A stretch of 64,000 bases of DNA from positions 96,001 through 160,000 of the forward strand of contig JBFWRP010000008.1 of assembly GCA_050248855.1 (NCBI GenBank), given 5' to 3'. Shown one piece after another: positions 54,106 to 62,759 of the stretch. The number at the start of each line of letters is the position of its first letter. Positions within the stretch are counted from its first letter, which is position 1. The position numbers were made by a program, and so were the translations under genes. Origin of the DNA: Planctomycetota bacterium (GTDB lineage: Bacteria > Planctomycetota > PLA2 > JAEUHO01). A model generated the notes under the pieces. It did not search any database. It saw only the letters and a program-made list of their open reading frames with translations, and was not told the DNA's origin.

Positions 54106-55041
54106 ATGGCGACGCACGCGACCGACGCGCACATCTTCGTGAGCCACTCGACGAGGGACGCAACCCTCGCCCACGCGTTCTGCCAGGAGGCCGAGGCGCG
54201 CCGCTCCAGGTGCTGGATCGCGCCGCGCGACATCCGCGGCGGCGTGCCCTTTGCGAGCGAGATCACGCAAGCCATCCGCGAAGCGCGCGCGGTGGTGCTC
54301 CTGCTCAGCGTCGCTTCGCGAGGTTCGGAGTACGTGCTTCGTGAGATCGACCTGGCCGCAGGTCAGGCCGTCCCCGTGATCACCGTGCGGCTGGAGGAGA
54401 TCTCGCCCGGCGACGCCCTGGCGTTCTACGTGGGAAAGGACCAGTGGATCGACGCGCTGTGTCCTCCCATCGAGCCCCACGTGGAGAAGGTCCTGAACGC
54501 GGTCGAGCACGCCGCGGCGTTGCGCATCGCCATGCAGGCGAGTACGGAGGAGGACTGGCGCCCGCCCCGCGAGCGCGTGTTGAAGGAGATCGCCGAGGAC
54601 CTTCGCCAGTACTTCGATCACACGTTCCGCCTACGGGCGGCGCTGGAGGAGGCCACGGAACTCCTGACGCGCCGTGGACCGGCGACCGATACCCTCCTGC
54701 GCGCCACGCTCTCCTACAACCAGTTCAGTCCGCCCTTCGTGGACCGGCTCGGCAAACATCGGGCTGCGGTGCGCAAGTACTGGGGCGAGGACTGGCTGGG
54801 CGAGTTCGACGCCCTGCAGGACGCGATCGAGGGCGGCGTCTACCGGGGAGCCTTGTTCCGCCTGAACGGCGTGCGCGCCCGGCTCAACACCCTGCTGGAG
54901 GTCCCGGTGCCCGACGTGGAAGCCTGTCGCCACCTCGACGCGGAGAAGGCACCCCTGCTGGCCGACGTGCAAGGCCGGTTGGACGCCGTCGCGCAGCAGG
55001 CCAGGCGCTTCCTTGCGGCCCTCGAGCGGGGCAGGCTGTAG
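54106..55041 (+). CDS. TIR-domain protein with helical C-terminal domain
   Basis: IFVSHSTRD, CWIAPRDIRGG, EITQAIREARAVVLLLS, SEYVLREIDLA (catalytic-position Glu), QWIDA; starts 7 bp after the cyclase stop. Confidence 0.9.
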   Translation: MATHATDAHIFVSHSTRDATLAHAFCQEAEARRSRCWIAPRDIRGGVPFASEITQAIREARAVVLLLSVASRGSEYVLREIDLAAGQAVPVITVRLEEISPGDALAFYVGKDQWIDALCPPIEPHVEKVLNAVEHAAALRIAMQASTEEDWRPPRERVLKEIAEDLRQYFDHTFRLRAALEEATELLTRRGPATDTLLRATLSYNQFSPPFVDRLGKHRAAVRKYWGEDWLGEFDALQDAIEGGVYRGALFRLNGVRARLNTLLEVPVPDVEACRHLDAEKAPLLADVQGRLDAVAQQARRFLAALERGRL

Positions 55042-55274
55042 GTCGGGCCGGGCGTGACCCTGCCGTACGCCGGCTGGCCCGGTCAGCGAGGTGCGGATCC
55101 GTAACCGAGATCGGGACTATTGCCCCGCGACGCCAGGCCGCTCTAGCCTACCCGCCATGAGGTGGGGTCCACGAAGCCGTGGCTTGCCCTTTGGCGCAGG
55201 AGAGCCCGCGGAGTGTCCGCGGGTGGGGAACCATCGTTAGCGTATGCCGGCTTTGCCTCACGGAGGTCGTGGGT

Positions 55275-57458
55275 ATGTCCTTGCGTCTCTTGTTGGCTCG
55301 CCCGGTGTTCGGGCTGCTCGTGTGCTTGGTGCTTGCCTCGTGCGGTGGGGGGGGCGGAGGTGGCGGGCCCACCGATCCACCCGCCCCGCCGCCGGAATGG
55401 GTCCTCTATGCGCGCATGACGTCCGAATCCCTGGCGTCGAGGCGCGCGGCGATCCAGCTCGCCGCACAGAGCACGGGCGTCGTGTCGTACACGCTCACCG
55501 GTCAGCCTGGCTGGGGCGGTGAAGTGGCTTCGCTCCGGCTCGTGCAGCGGTCGACGGGTACGCCGGTGGTCCAGGTCGATGCGAGCAGTGGGCTTGCCCC
55601 ACTCCCGAACGTCCGTCCCGTTCGTTCTGGGGGTGACGTCACGGTGTCTGCATCCGTCATCCAGCAAGTGGGCGCGGCTCCCGACGCCTTCGATGTCGTG
55701 CTGCGCAACGCCTCCGGCGCCGAGATCGTGCGTGGACCGCTGTCGTCATCGTTCACCTTCGACTTGGGGGGTGTGCTGCAGCACCCCCTCGAGATGGCAG
55801 GTGGCGCGCCGTCCGGGTTCGCGATCGACGGGGAGAGCTACCTCGCGCTACGCGCCCAGTCGCCGAGCGCGCTACACGCATGGATGACCACGCGCGATGG
55901 CGTTTCGCCGAGCTGGGTGGCGCCGCTCAGGCTTCTGCCCCCTGCCGCCGTGAGCCCTTCGCCGCTTCTTGAGTGGACGAGTCTCTTGGCGGACCTCGAC
56001 AGCGTCACCGGCGTTGCCACGTCGCCGCTTGCCCAGGTCGATGCCAACCTCCTGCTGTGGCTCTGGGTGGAGCCTTCGGCGTTGGGCGTGTCCCTGCAGG
56101 CCACGGGCGGAGCGGGCAGCTACGTGGGAACGGTCGGGCCGCCCGACCTGGCGGTATGGGGCCGGCTGGAGGCGACATCCACCGGCGGGCCAGCTGGTTT
56201 GGTCCTGGAGGCCGAGACGTGGTCGGAAGCGCACGTGGCCTTCTCGCTGGCACGCGAGGCTTTTGATCCCTCACCCACGCAGGTTCGCGTGCTGAAGGAC
56301 GGTGGGCCGGCGCCGCTGGCCGTGCTCAACCTGGCCGCCATGGCACCCGACGACGGGAACGGCAACCTCGAGGGTTCGGTCGCGCTCGACCCCGAGGTCG
56401 CCTTGGCACTGCTCACGGGGCGCTCGAGCATCTCGTGCGTCCTGGACACGACCGCCGACGTGGGAACGCATGCCGGATCCCTGGGCCACCCGACGTACCG
56501 CTTCTTCGCCTTCGAGGAGACGCCCTTCGGTTCCGGCTCCCTGACGGATCCTGCGACGGGCGCTTCCGAGATCGTGCTTACGGCGGAGGGGCTGCTCGAG
56601 CACGCCACCTACTTGGTCGGGCCGCCAGCGGGCAACGTGGGCGGAGTGGAGATCAGGCGGCTGGGCGACGCGGACGGCCTGCTCACGTTGGCGACGAGCC
56701 CGGTGAGTGGGAAGGAGGCGCTGGGGGGCACTTCGTCCGATCTGACGCCCATGTTCCTGGCAGAGGTGATCTCCGTTCACCCCACACTCCAAGTCGCCGT
56801 GATGGTGGGCGAGAACGTCGGCCCTGCCGGGAAGCTGGTGGCCACGTTCGCCTGCACCGACGACCCGTACATCCCACCCTTCGAAGGCATCTGGCTGGAC
56901 GAGGACGACGAGCAGTGGGTCCTGAACTCCACCGCCAGCCTGCCTGTGAGCTGCGGCCTGGTGAGCGGGGGCACCACGGAGCTGTCCTTCGTAGGGAGCT
57001 ACGAAGGCAAGGCGCTCATGGGCATCCTTGCCGGCCCCTCGGGCGATACGCCCGTCGAGGGTCAGATCGTGGGGAACACGAGTCGGCCCGGGGACGTTGC
57101 GATCGAGTTCGATGCGACGGATGGCTCGGGACTGCACATCGTATGCACGCACGACGGCTATCGCTGGCCCGCGCGTGGCGTCTGGCGTACGCAGGCAGGA
57201 GACTGGATCGCCGTTGTCGAGGGTGGGTTCGTGCACGGCGAGGAGTTCCAGGGCGTCGTGCGGGGCGGTGGGGTTGAGTACCCGCTCCAGGGGGAGCGCA
57301 GCAGCGACCCAGGCAACGGCTCCGGTACAGCGACATGGACAGGCGCGGCGCCCCCGTGGTCGTCGACGCAGCCCGGCCTGCTGTTCAGCTTCGAGGCCGC
57401 CCACGAGTCGATGCTCATCGACGGGAAGCTCTTCTTCCGCATGACACCGGAGGAGTGA
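55275..57458 (+). CDS. Large lipoprotein, possibly with degenerate CHRD-like repeats
   Basis: Lipobox LASC then Gly/Pro linker; beta-rich repeats ending GAEIVRGPL / GSYVGTV / THAGSL / PAGKL. CHRD call tentative. Confidence 0.65.
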   Translation: MSLRLLLARPVFGLLVCLVLASCGGGGGGGGPTDPPAPPPEWVLYARMTSESLASRRAAIQLAAQSTGVVSYTLTGQPGWGGEVASLRLVQRSTGTPVVQVDASSGLAPLPNVRPVRSGGDVTVSASVIQQVGAAPDAFDVVLRNASGAEIVRGPLSSSFTFDLGGVLQHPLEMAGGAPSGFAIDGESYLALRAQSPSALHAWMTTRDGVSPSWVAPLRLLPPAAVSPSPLLEWTSLLADLDSVTGVATSPLAQVDANLLLWLWVEPSALGVSLQATGGAGSYVGTVGPPDLAVWGRLEATSTGGPAGLVLEAETWSEAHVAFSLAREAFDPSPTQVRVLKDGGPAPLAVLNLAAMAPDDGNGNLEGSVALDPEVALALLTGRSSISCVLDTTADVGTHAGSLGHPTYRFFAFEETPFGSGSLTDPATGASEIVLTAEGLLEHATYLVGPPAGNVGGVEIRRLGDADGLLTLATSPVSGKEALGGTSSDLTPMFLAEVISVHPTLQVAVMVGENVGPAGKLVATFACTDDPYIPPFEGIWLDEDDEQWVLNSTASLPVSCGLVSGGTTELSFVGSYEGKALMGILAGPSGDTPVEGQIVGNTSRPGDVAIEFDATDGSGLHIVCTHDGYRWPARGVWRTQAGDWIAVVEGGFVHGEEFQGVVRGGGVEYPLQGERSSDPGNGSGTATWTGAAPPWSSTQPGLLFSFEAAHESMLIDGKLFFRMTPEE

Positions 57459-57527
57459 AGACACGGCCGTCGAGCGCGCGAGGGCGCGGATAGGGGGATC
57501 GGCCGGTCATTCCCCAGGAGGTCCATC

Positions 57528-58163
57528 GTGTCGAAGCGAGTACGTGCGTCGCGGTCCTGGAGCCTTGCCTTCCTCGTGCCAGGCGCGGTCGTCGTGTTGA
57601 CCCTCGCCGGGTGCGGAGGCGGAGGCTCGGACGACGAAATGCTGGTCCTTGGCGGCACGAAGGCACGGGAAGGGGTCGCGGGGGGCGGCAGCGCGACGGT
57701 GGCCAACACGCTGGCCATCGGCGACAACGGGTTGAACAGCGGGCGCGTGGCGCTCCTCAGCTTCTCGCTGCAAGACCTGCCAAGCGGCGCCGAAGTCGAA
57801 TCGGCCACGCTGGGCATCCATCAGCTGGACGAGACGTTCGGTACGCCCTACGCGGACTTGGGCGTCGTGGTGGTCGACAGCGTGGACCTGGGCGCGGGCG
57901 TCGACGGGGCCGACGCGGCGTCCGCGGCGCTGATCCCCTTGCTCGGCACGCTTTCGACGTCGGTCGCGCCCGGCGAGCGGACGCTCGACGTGACGGCCGC
58001 CGTGCTGGCAGATGTCGCCGCACTGCGCACGCGGAGCGAGTTCCGGATCCGCTTCTTCCTCGCAACCGACGGCGACGGCCAGCAGGACACCGTGCAGATC
58101 CGCGAGACGGGTGGCTCCGGGAGCGGGGCGCCGCCGACGCTGGTGGTCGTCTACCGGCCGTGA
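57528..58163 (+). CDS. Lipoprotein with DNRLRE-like beta-sandwich domain
   Basis: AGGAGG RBS, lipobox LAGC; LLSFSLQDLPSGAEVESATL, LDVTAAV, PTLVVVY. Confidence 0.7.
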   Translation: MSKRVRASRSWSLAFLVPGAVVVLTLAGCGGGGSDDEMLVLGGTKAREGVAGGGSATVANTLAIGDNGLNSGRVALLSFSLQDLPSGAEVESATLGIHQLDETFGTPYADLGVVVVDSVDLGAGVDGADAASAALIPLLGTLSTSVAPGERTLDVTAAVLADVAALRTRSEFRIRFFLATDGDGQQDTVQIRETGGSGSGAPPTLVVVYRP

Positions 58164-58182
58164 GTGCCGGCCGCGTGGCGGC

Positions 58183-58824
58183 CTACGGGCCCTCGTCGGC
58201 CTCGCGCTCGTCGGGTAGCGCGCGCCAGGGCTTGGCGACGAGCACGAACCGATCGCCCAGGTCGGCGAACGCCGTGATGCGCGTGCCGCTGTCGTGGCCG
58301 GGCTCGCGCAGCTCCACCGCGTAGCAAGCGCGTCCGGGGGCCGCGACCTCGCGCGCGAACCGCTTCATGCCGCCGGGGAACTCGGCGAAGGCGACGGTGC
58401 CCCGCTCGTAGGCGGCGAGCTCTTCGGTCGTGGCGACGTGCACGGTGACCTCCGTGCGCGTGGTGGGGGGGAGCTGCTGGGCGTTGGGCGGTCGCCGATC
58501 GCGCAGGCCGTCCTCGACGGTGGTGTCCTTCAGTGCCGCGAGGAAGGTCTCCGTGGCCGGCCCCTCGCGCAAGAGCGAGCGCACCTCGGCGCGCGTCGGG
58601 ACGAACGCGTGCATGGCGGCGAGGTAGGTACGCCCGTCGTTGGCGTTCTGGGCGGCAACGATCGTCGTCATGATCTCCGCGAGGTCCCTCGCGCGTGTCT
58701 TGGGATCGGCGGGCGGCGCCCCGGCGCCCGGCAAGCTGGCGGCCGGGACGTGCGGCGCGGGCGGATCGCCGCAGGCGCAAAGCCCGCATGCGAGAACCAC
58801 CATGAGAACGACGCAAATGGGCAT
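58183..58824 (-). CDS. Hypothetical lipoprotein
   Basis: Hydrophobic leader with LCAC; globular remainder (EFPGGMKRFA, FVLVAKPWRAL). Confidence 0.65.
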   Translation of the reverse strand: MPICVVLMVVLACGLCACGDPPAPHVPAASLPGAGAPPADPKTRARDLAEIMTTIVAAQNANDGRTYLAAMHAFVPTRAEVRSLLREGPATETFLAALKDTTVEDGLRDRRPPNAQQLPPTTRTEVTVHVATTEELAAYERGTVAFAEFPGGMKRFAREVAAPGRACYAVELREPGHDSGTRITAFADLGDRFVLVAKPWRALPDEREADEGP

Positions 58825-58962
58825 GGGCGCAACTCCCCAGGAGACCTGCGGCCAGCCTAACGTCTGCCCCCGCAAAGGCGCCAACCCAGCCGGGTAGGGG
58901 GGCCTCGCGGGATGGCACCGGGTGCTCCATCGTGGGATCCTTCCGGGGTGGGCAGGATCCCG

Positions 58963-61779
58963 ATGGCCGTCGCGCTGCTGTTCGCGCTCGTTGGCTGCGG
59001 GGGCGGTCCCGGTGGTGCCGCCCCGGTCCAGCCTGCCACGGAGGTGCGCTTCGCGTCGGGCACCCTGTCCCTGGCGCTGGACGTGGCGGGGTACGTCGTC
59101 GATGTCCGGGTCGGGGGCGATTCGCGCGCCTTCGCTGCGGCGGACCCGCAGCCCCTGCTCGAGGTCGTACGGGAAGGCGAGACGTTGCTACCCGACCGCG
59201 CCCGCGCCGTGCCCGGCGGCGTGGAGCTGGAGTTCGACGGTGGTGCCGCCTCGATACGCCTCGACGTCGAGGCCGCGGACGGGCGCATCGTGTTCCGCGT
59301 CGCCGAGGTCGTCCCGTCGGATGCGGAGGCGGTTCGCCTCCGCTTGGCCGTGCAACGCCTGGACGAGGTCGACCCGTCGCTCAACGGCACGTACGACGAC
59401 GACGTCGTGCTCTGCCTGCGCTCGATCGAGCCCGCTACGCGCTGCATCTACCGCTCGCTGCCCGGCGGGATCCCCCAGCCTGGTGTCGAGTGGGACGCCG
59501 TGCATGGGATCGTCGGGGGAGCCGCCGCGTGGATCGCCGCGCCTCGCTCCTCGTTCTTCTCGGCCGTGCACGCCCTGCAGGTGGCAGAGCAGCTACCAGC
59601 GCCTCGATTCGATGGCGTGCCCGCGCGTGCCAGCCGCAGCATGCGGCAAAGCTACCTGTTCCTCACCTACCTGCAGCCCGGGACGGCCACGAGGGTCATC
59701 GAGTACGCCAACCTTGCCGGGCTGTCCCGCGTGCTCCTGCTGCGCACGCTCTGGCGCCGCAGCGCGGGGACGTATGGCCTGGATCCCGTGCGTTGGCCGG
59801 GTGGGCTGTCCGATCTGGCGTCCTTTTGTTCGCAGCTGCGAGGCGCAGGGCTTGGCGTGGGGCTCCACGTCTTCGGCCCGTCGATCTCGCTCGACGACCC
59901 GCTCGTCACGCCCGTGCCCGCTCCGGGCCTGCTTGCGTGGCCTTGCCCGGCCCTGGCCGCCGACGTTGATGCGGCGGCCGGAACCCTGACGCTGGTCGAT
60001 GCGGCGACGCTTCCCCCCTCCGGAGGAGGCCGGTTCCCCGGACGGTACCTCCGCCTGGGCGACGAGATCGTCCGCTACGGATCGACAGAGGCAGGGCCCC
60101 CGTTCCAGCTGACGGGTTGCGAGCGGGGCGCCCTCGGTACCATCGCTGCGACGCATGCAGCCGGAGCCGTGCCGTGGCACCTGGCCACCGTCAACGACCA
60201 GCTCCTGGTCGACCCGGACGGCCCCTTGGTCGCCACCCTGGCCGCGAACCTCGCCGCCGTCGTGAACGGCGCCGGCATCGACATGATCTACTTCGACGGC
60301 ACGGCCGCGATGCCCACCAACGACTTCGTGCAGCGCTGGTACTACATGAACCGTACGCTGCCGCCGATCTACGCGGCGTTCGACCACGATGTCTTGGTGC
60401 AAACGGGCATGGGCCCCGGGCGGGAGATGGACTGGCACATCGTGCCGCGCAGCGCCAGTGCGGACGGTCACGGCGACATCAAGTGGTACCTGGACCGGCG
60501 CACGCCCTCGATCGAGTCGATCTTGCGGGGCCTTACGGTGCCCGACATCGGCTGGTACGGCTTTGGCGCCGGGCGCCCTCCCGACCACCTCGAGTACGTG
60601 TGTGCCAAAGCGCTGGGGTGGGACGCCGGCATCTCGCTGCAAACGAACGTGATCGAGCTGGAGGGCGACCGGCGCGCCCGTGAGGTGCTGGAGATGATCG
60701 GGCGCTACGAGCGATGGAAGAGCACCGGGGGCCCACCCCCGGCCGTGCGCGACGCCCTCCTCGTGCCGGGTCGGGACTTCCATCTGGTGGAGGACGCCGA
60801 CGGATCGCCCCACCTCTTCGAGGCGAGCTACGACGAGGTCCGTGACGTGCGATCGCTGCAAGATGGCGCCTCCGGGTGGAACGTCTCCAGCTCCGCGGGT
60901 GGTGACCGCCTGCTTGGCGTGGAGATCACGCGTGGTGAGGCGGTCCGAAGCCATGCCGATTTCACGGCCGCGGGCGCGATCACCCTCGATCCCCTCGGCG
61001 ACGCCGCACCCTTCGCGCCGGGGGGCGCCAACGACAGCGCGCGCTTGGTCAACCGCACGGAGAGCACGATGAACGCAGCGGGGCCAGCCCGCACGGGCGT
61101 CCAGCACACGTTCGTCGCCGTGCCCGACGCCGCCGTGGGCGGCCAGGCGTTGGAGCTTGCTGCCACCAACACGAACACCTCGATCGGCTGGTGTGCCGTG
61201 GGGCGCCGATTCGCTCCCGTCGTGGACCTCACGGGGCAGGCGGCGACCGGACTCTGGGTGCATGGCGATGGATCGGGCATCGAGCTGTCGATCGAGCTCT
61301 ACGACAACAGCGACGACCGTCTGGTGTTGAAGGTGCCCCTGTTCTTCCAGGGCTGGCGCTTGTTCACCTTTCCGCTGACGCCCCCCGCGGCCTTCGATCG
61401 GACCCGCTGTACGTACATGGTGATCGTGGCCGACGATCTGCCGCCCGAGTCCGCGGTGACGCTGCGGCTCGCCCTGCTCCGCGCCACGCCGGCGGTCGTC
61501 GCCCCCGCCGACATCACGGGCGTCAGTCTGGAGGTAGGCGGGCGAAGCATCGCGATCCCGCAGGACCTCGCACCCGGATGCACGGCGCGGATCGACGCCC
61601 TTGGCCGGCTCACGATCTGGCCCGGCGGCATGGCCGCGGGAAGCACGACCCCCGTTCCCGGGGGCCCGCTCGTGGTGTCGCCCGGCGTGACGCCTGTGGC
61701 GTTACGGGTCACGGGACCCGCCGCCTACCCCGGTGACATCGCCGTGCGTACGAGTCGGCTCGTGCCCCTCTTCCCGTAG
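58963..61779 (+). CDS. Lipoprotein with glycoside-hydrolase-like TIM barrel and C-terminal carbohydrate-binding-like domain
   Basis: Lipobox LVGC; RWPGGLSDL..LRGAGLGVGLH, GIDMIYFDG; C-terminal VDLTGQAATGLWVHGDGSG..FQGWR. Confidence 0.65.
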   Translation: MAVALLFALVGCGGGPGGAAPVQPATEVRFASGTLSLALDVAGYVVDVRVGGDSRAFAAADPQPLLEVVREGETLLPDRARAVPGGVELEFDGGAASIRLDVEAADGRIVFRVAEVVPSDAEAVRLRLAVQRLDEVDPSLNGTYDDDVVLCLRSIEPATRCIYRSLPGGIPQPGVEWDAVHGIVGGAAAWIAAPRSSFFSAVHALQVAEQLPAPRFDGVPARASRSMRQSYLFLTYLQPGTATRVIEYANLAGLSRVLLLRTLWRRSAGTYGLDPVRWPGGLSDLASFCSQLRGAGLGVGLHVFGPSISLDDPLVTPVPAPGLLAWPCPALAADVDAAAGTLTLVDAATLPPSGGGRFPGRYLRLGDEIVRYGSTEAGPPFQLTGCERGALGTIAATHAAGAVPWHLATVNDQLLVDPDGPLVATLAANLAAVVNGAGIDMIYFDGTAAMPTNDFVQRWYYMNRTLPPIYAAFDHDVLVQTGMGPGREMDWHIVPRSASADGHGDIKWYLDRRTPSIESILRGLTVPDIGWYGFGAGRPPDHLEYVCAKALGWDAGISLQTNVIELEGDRRAREVLEMIGRYERWKSTGGPPPAVRDALLVPGRDFHLVEDADGSPHLFEASYDEVRDVRSLQDGASGWNVSSSAGGDRLLGVEITRGEAVRSHADFTAAGAITLDPLGDAAPFAPGGANDSARLVNRTESTMNAAGPARTGVQHTFVAVPDAAVGGQALELAATNTNTSIGWCAVGRRFAPVVDLTGQAATGLWVHGDGSGIELSIELYDNSDDRLVLKVPLFFQGWRLFTFPLTPPAAFDRTRCTYMVIVADDLPPESAVTLRLALLRATPAVVAPADITGVSLEVGGRSIAIPQDLAPGCTARIDALGRLTIWPGGMAAGSTTPVPGGPLVVSPGVTPVALRVTGPAAYPGDIAVRTSRLVPLFP

Positions 61780-61802
61780 AGCGTAGAGCCGCTGGAGCTC
61801 CC

Positions 61803-62168
61803 ATGGCCACGTCCAAGTCCAACCTGGATCGCGTCTTCGCGATGACGTTCGCCAGCATCTACCCGCTGTACCTGGCGAAGGTGGAGAGGAAGGGGCGCAC
61901 GAAGAAGGAGCTCGACCATGTGCTCCGCTGGCTCACGGGCTACAGCGCGCCGGGTCTCGCCGGACAGATCCGACGCGAGACGAGTCTCGAGACGTTCTTC
62001 GAGGAAGCCCCGGAGCTGCATCCCAACGCTGCCAAGATCACGGGCACGATCTGCGGCGTGCGCATCGAGGAGATCGAGCATCCGCTCATGCGCAAGATCC
62101 GCTGGATGGACAAGCTGGTCGACGAGCTTGCCAAGGGCCGCACCATGGAGAAGATCCTGCGGACGTAG
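61803..62168 (+). CDS. DUF2200 family protein
   Basis: MTFASIYPLYLAKVERKGRTKKELDHVLRWLTGY, ITGTICGVRIEEIEHPLMRKIRWMDKLVDELAKG. Confidence 0.93.
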   Translation: MATSKSNLDRVFAMTFASIYPLYLAKVERKGRTKKELDHVLRWLTGYSAPGLAGQIRRETSLETFFEEAPELHPNAAKITGTICGVRIEEIEHPLMRKIRWMDKLVDELAKGRTMEKILRT

Positions 62169-62192
62169 GTGCGGGCCGTCCCGGCATCGGCG

Positions 62193-62582
62193 CTACTTCA
62201 GGCGCTCGAGGCGACCCTTGCGGCGCACGATGTTCTTGTAGTCCCACTGGATGTCGCGGGCCTCGGCAAGCCACGTGGCCAAGAGCTTGGTGTCGACGTC
62301 CTTGGCGTCGGTGAAGCGCGCCTCGGCGGCCTTGAACTTGCCCTCCTTGGCAAGCCCCGGCGTCTCGAAGGACTGGCCGCTCCAGAAGAGAAGCCGCACG
62401 CAGCCCTTCAGCTTGCTGTAGCCGACGATCGGGTTGCCTTCGAGGAACCAGACCGGGTGCGCGTGCCAGATCTTGCTCTCCGCCTCGGGCAGGTGGCGGT
62501 CGATCTGCTTCGCGAGCAGGTCGCAGATGGAACGGTCAGCGGGCGCTTGGGCCTCGGCATAGGCCTTGATGTCGGGGTGCAC
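62193..62582 (-). CDS. DUF1801 (YdhG-like) domain protein
   Basis: AGGAGG RBS, GTG start; ESKIWHAHPVWFLEGNPIVGYSKLK..LLFWSGQSF..IQWDYKNIVRRKG. Confidence 0.9.
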   Translation of the reverse strand: MHPDIKAYAEAQAPADRSICDLLAKQIDRHLPEAESKIWHAHPVWFLEGNPIVGYSKLKGCVRLLFWSGQSFETPGLAKEGKFKAAEARFTDAKDVDTKLLATWLAEARDIQWDYKNIVRRKGRLERLK

Positions 62583-62629
62583 GTGAGTGTCCTCCTGGAG
62601 ACGGAGAGGATGCCGCGGCGCCGTCGGAA

Positions 62630-62649
62630 GTGTCCGGACGTCCGGACAC
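62630..62649. repeat. Perfect 20-bp palindrome GTGTCCGGACGTCCGGACAC
   Basis: Direct reading; lies in a divergent intergenic region. Confidence 0.85.
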
Positions 62650-62759
62650 CTTTGGCCCCGGTTCGCGCGGAAGCCAGGCCTCGTGAGGGCGCCGCCTTGC
62701 GGCGCACGGCGCGCCGGAGCGCGTGACAAGATCCGGGGCGAGGCGGTAGGGTGGTCGGC

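Noticed and set aside
52245..55041. Canonical Pycsar or Thoeris call
   Set aside because: The TIR protein has no recognisable cNMP-binding domain and there is no SIR2 or Macro effector; kept as an unnamed candidate.
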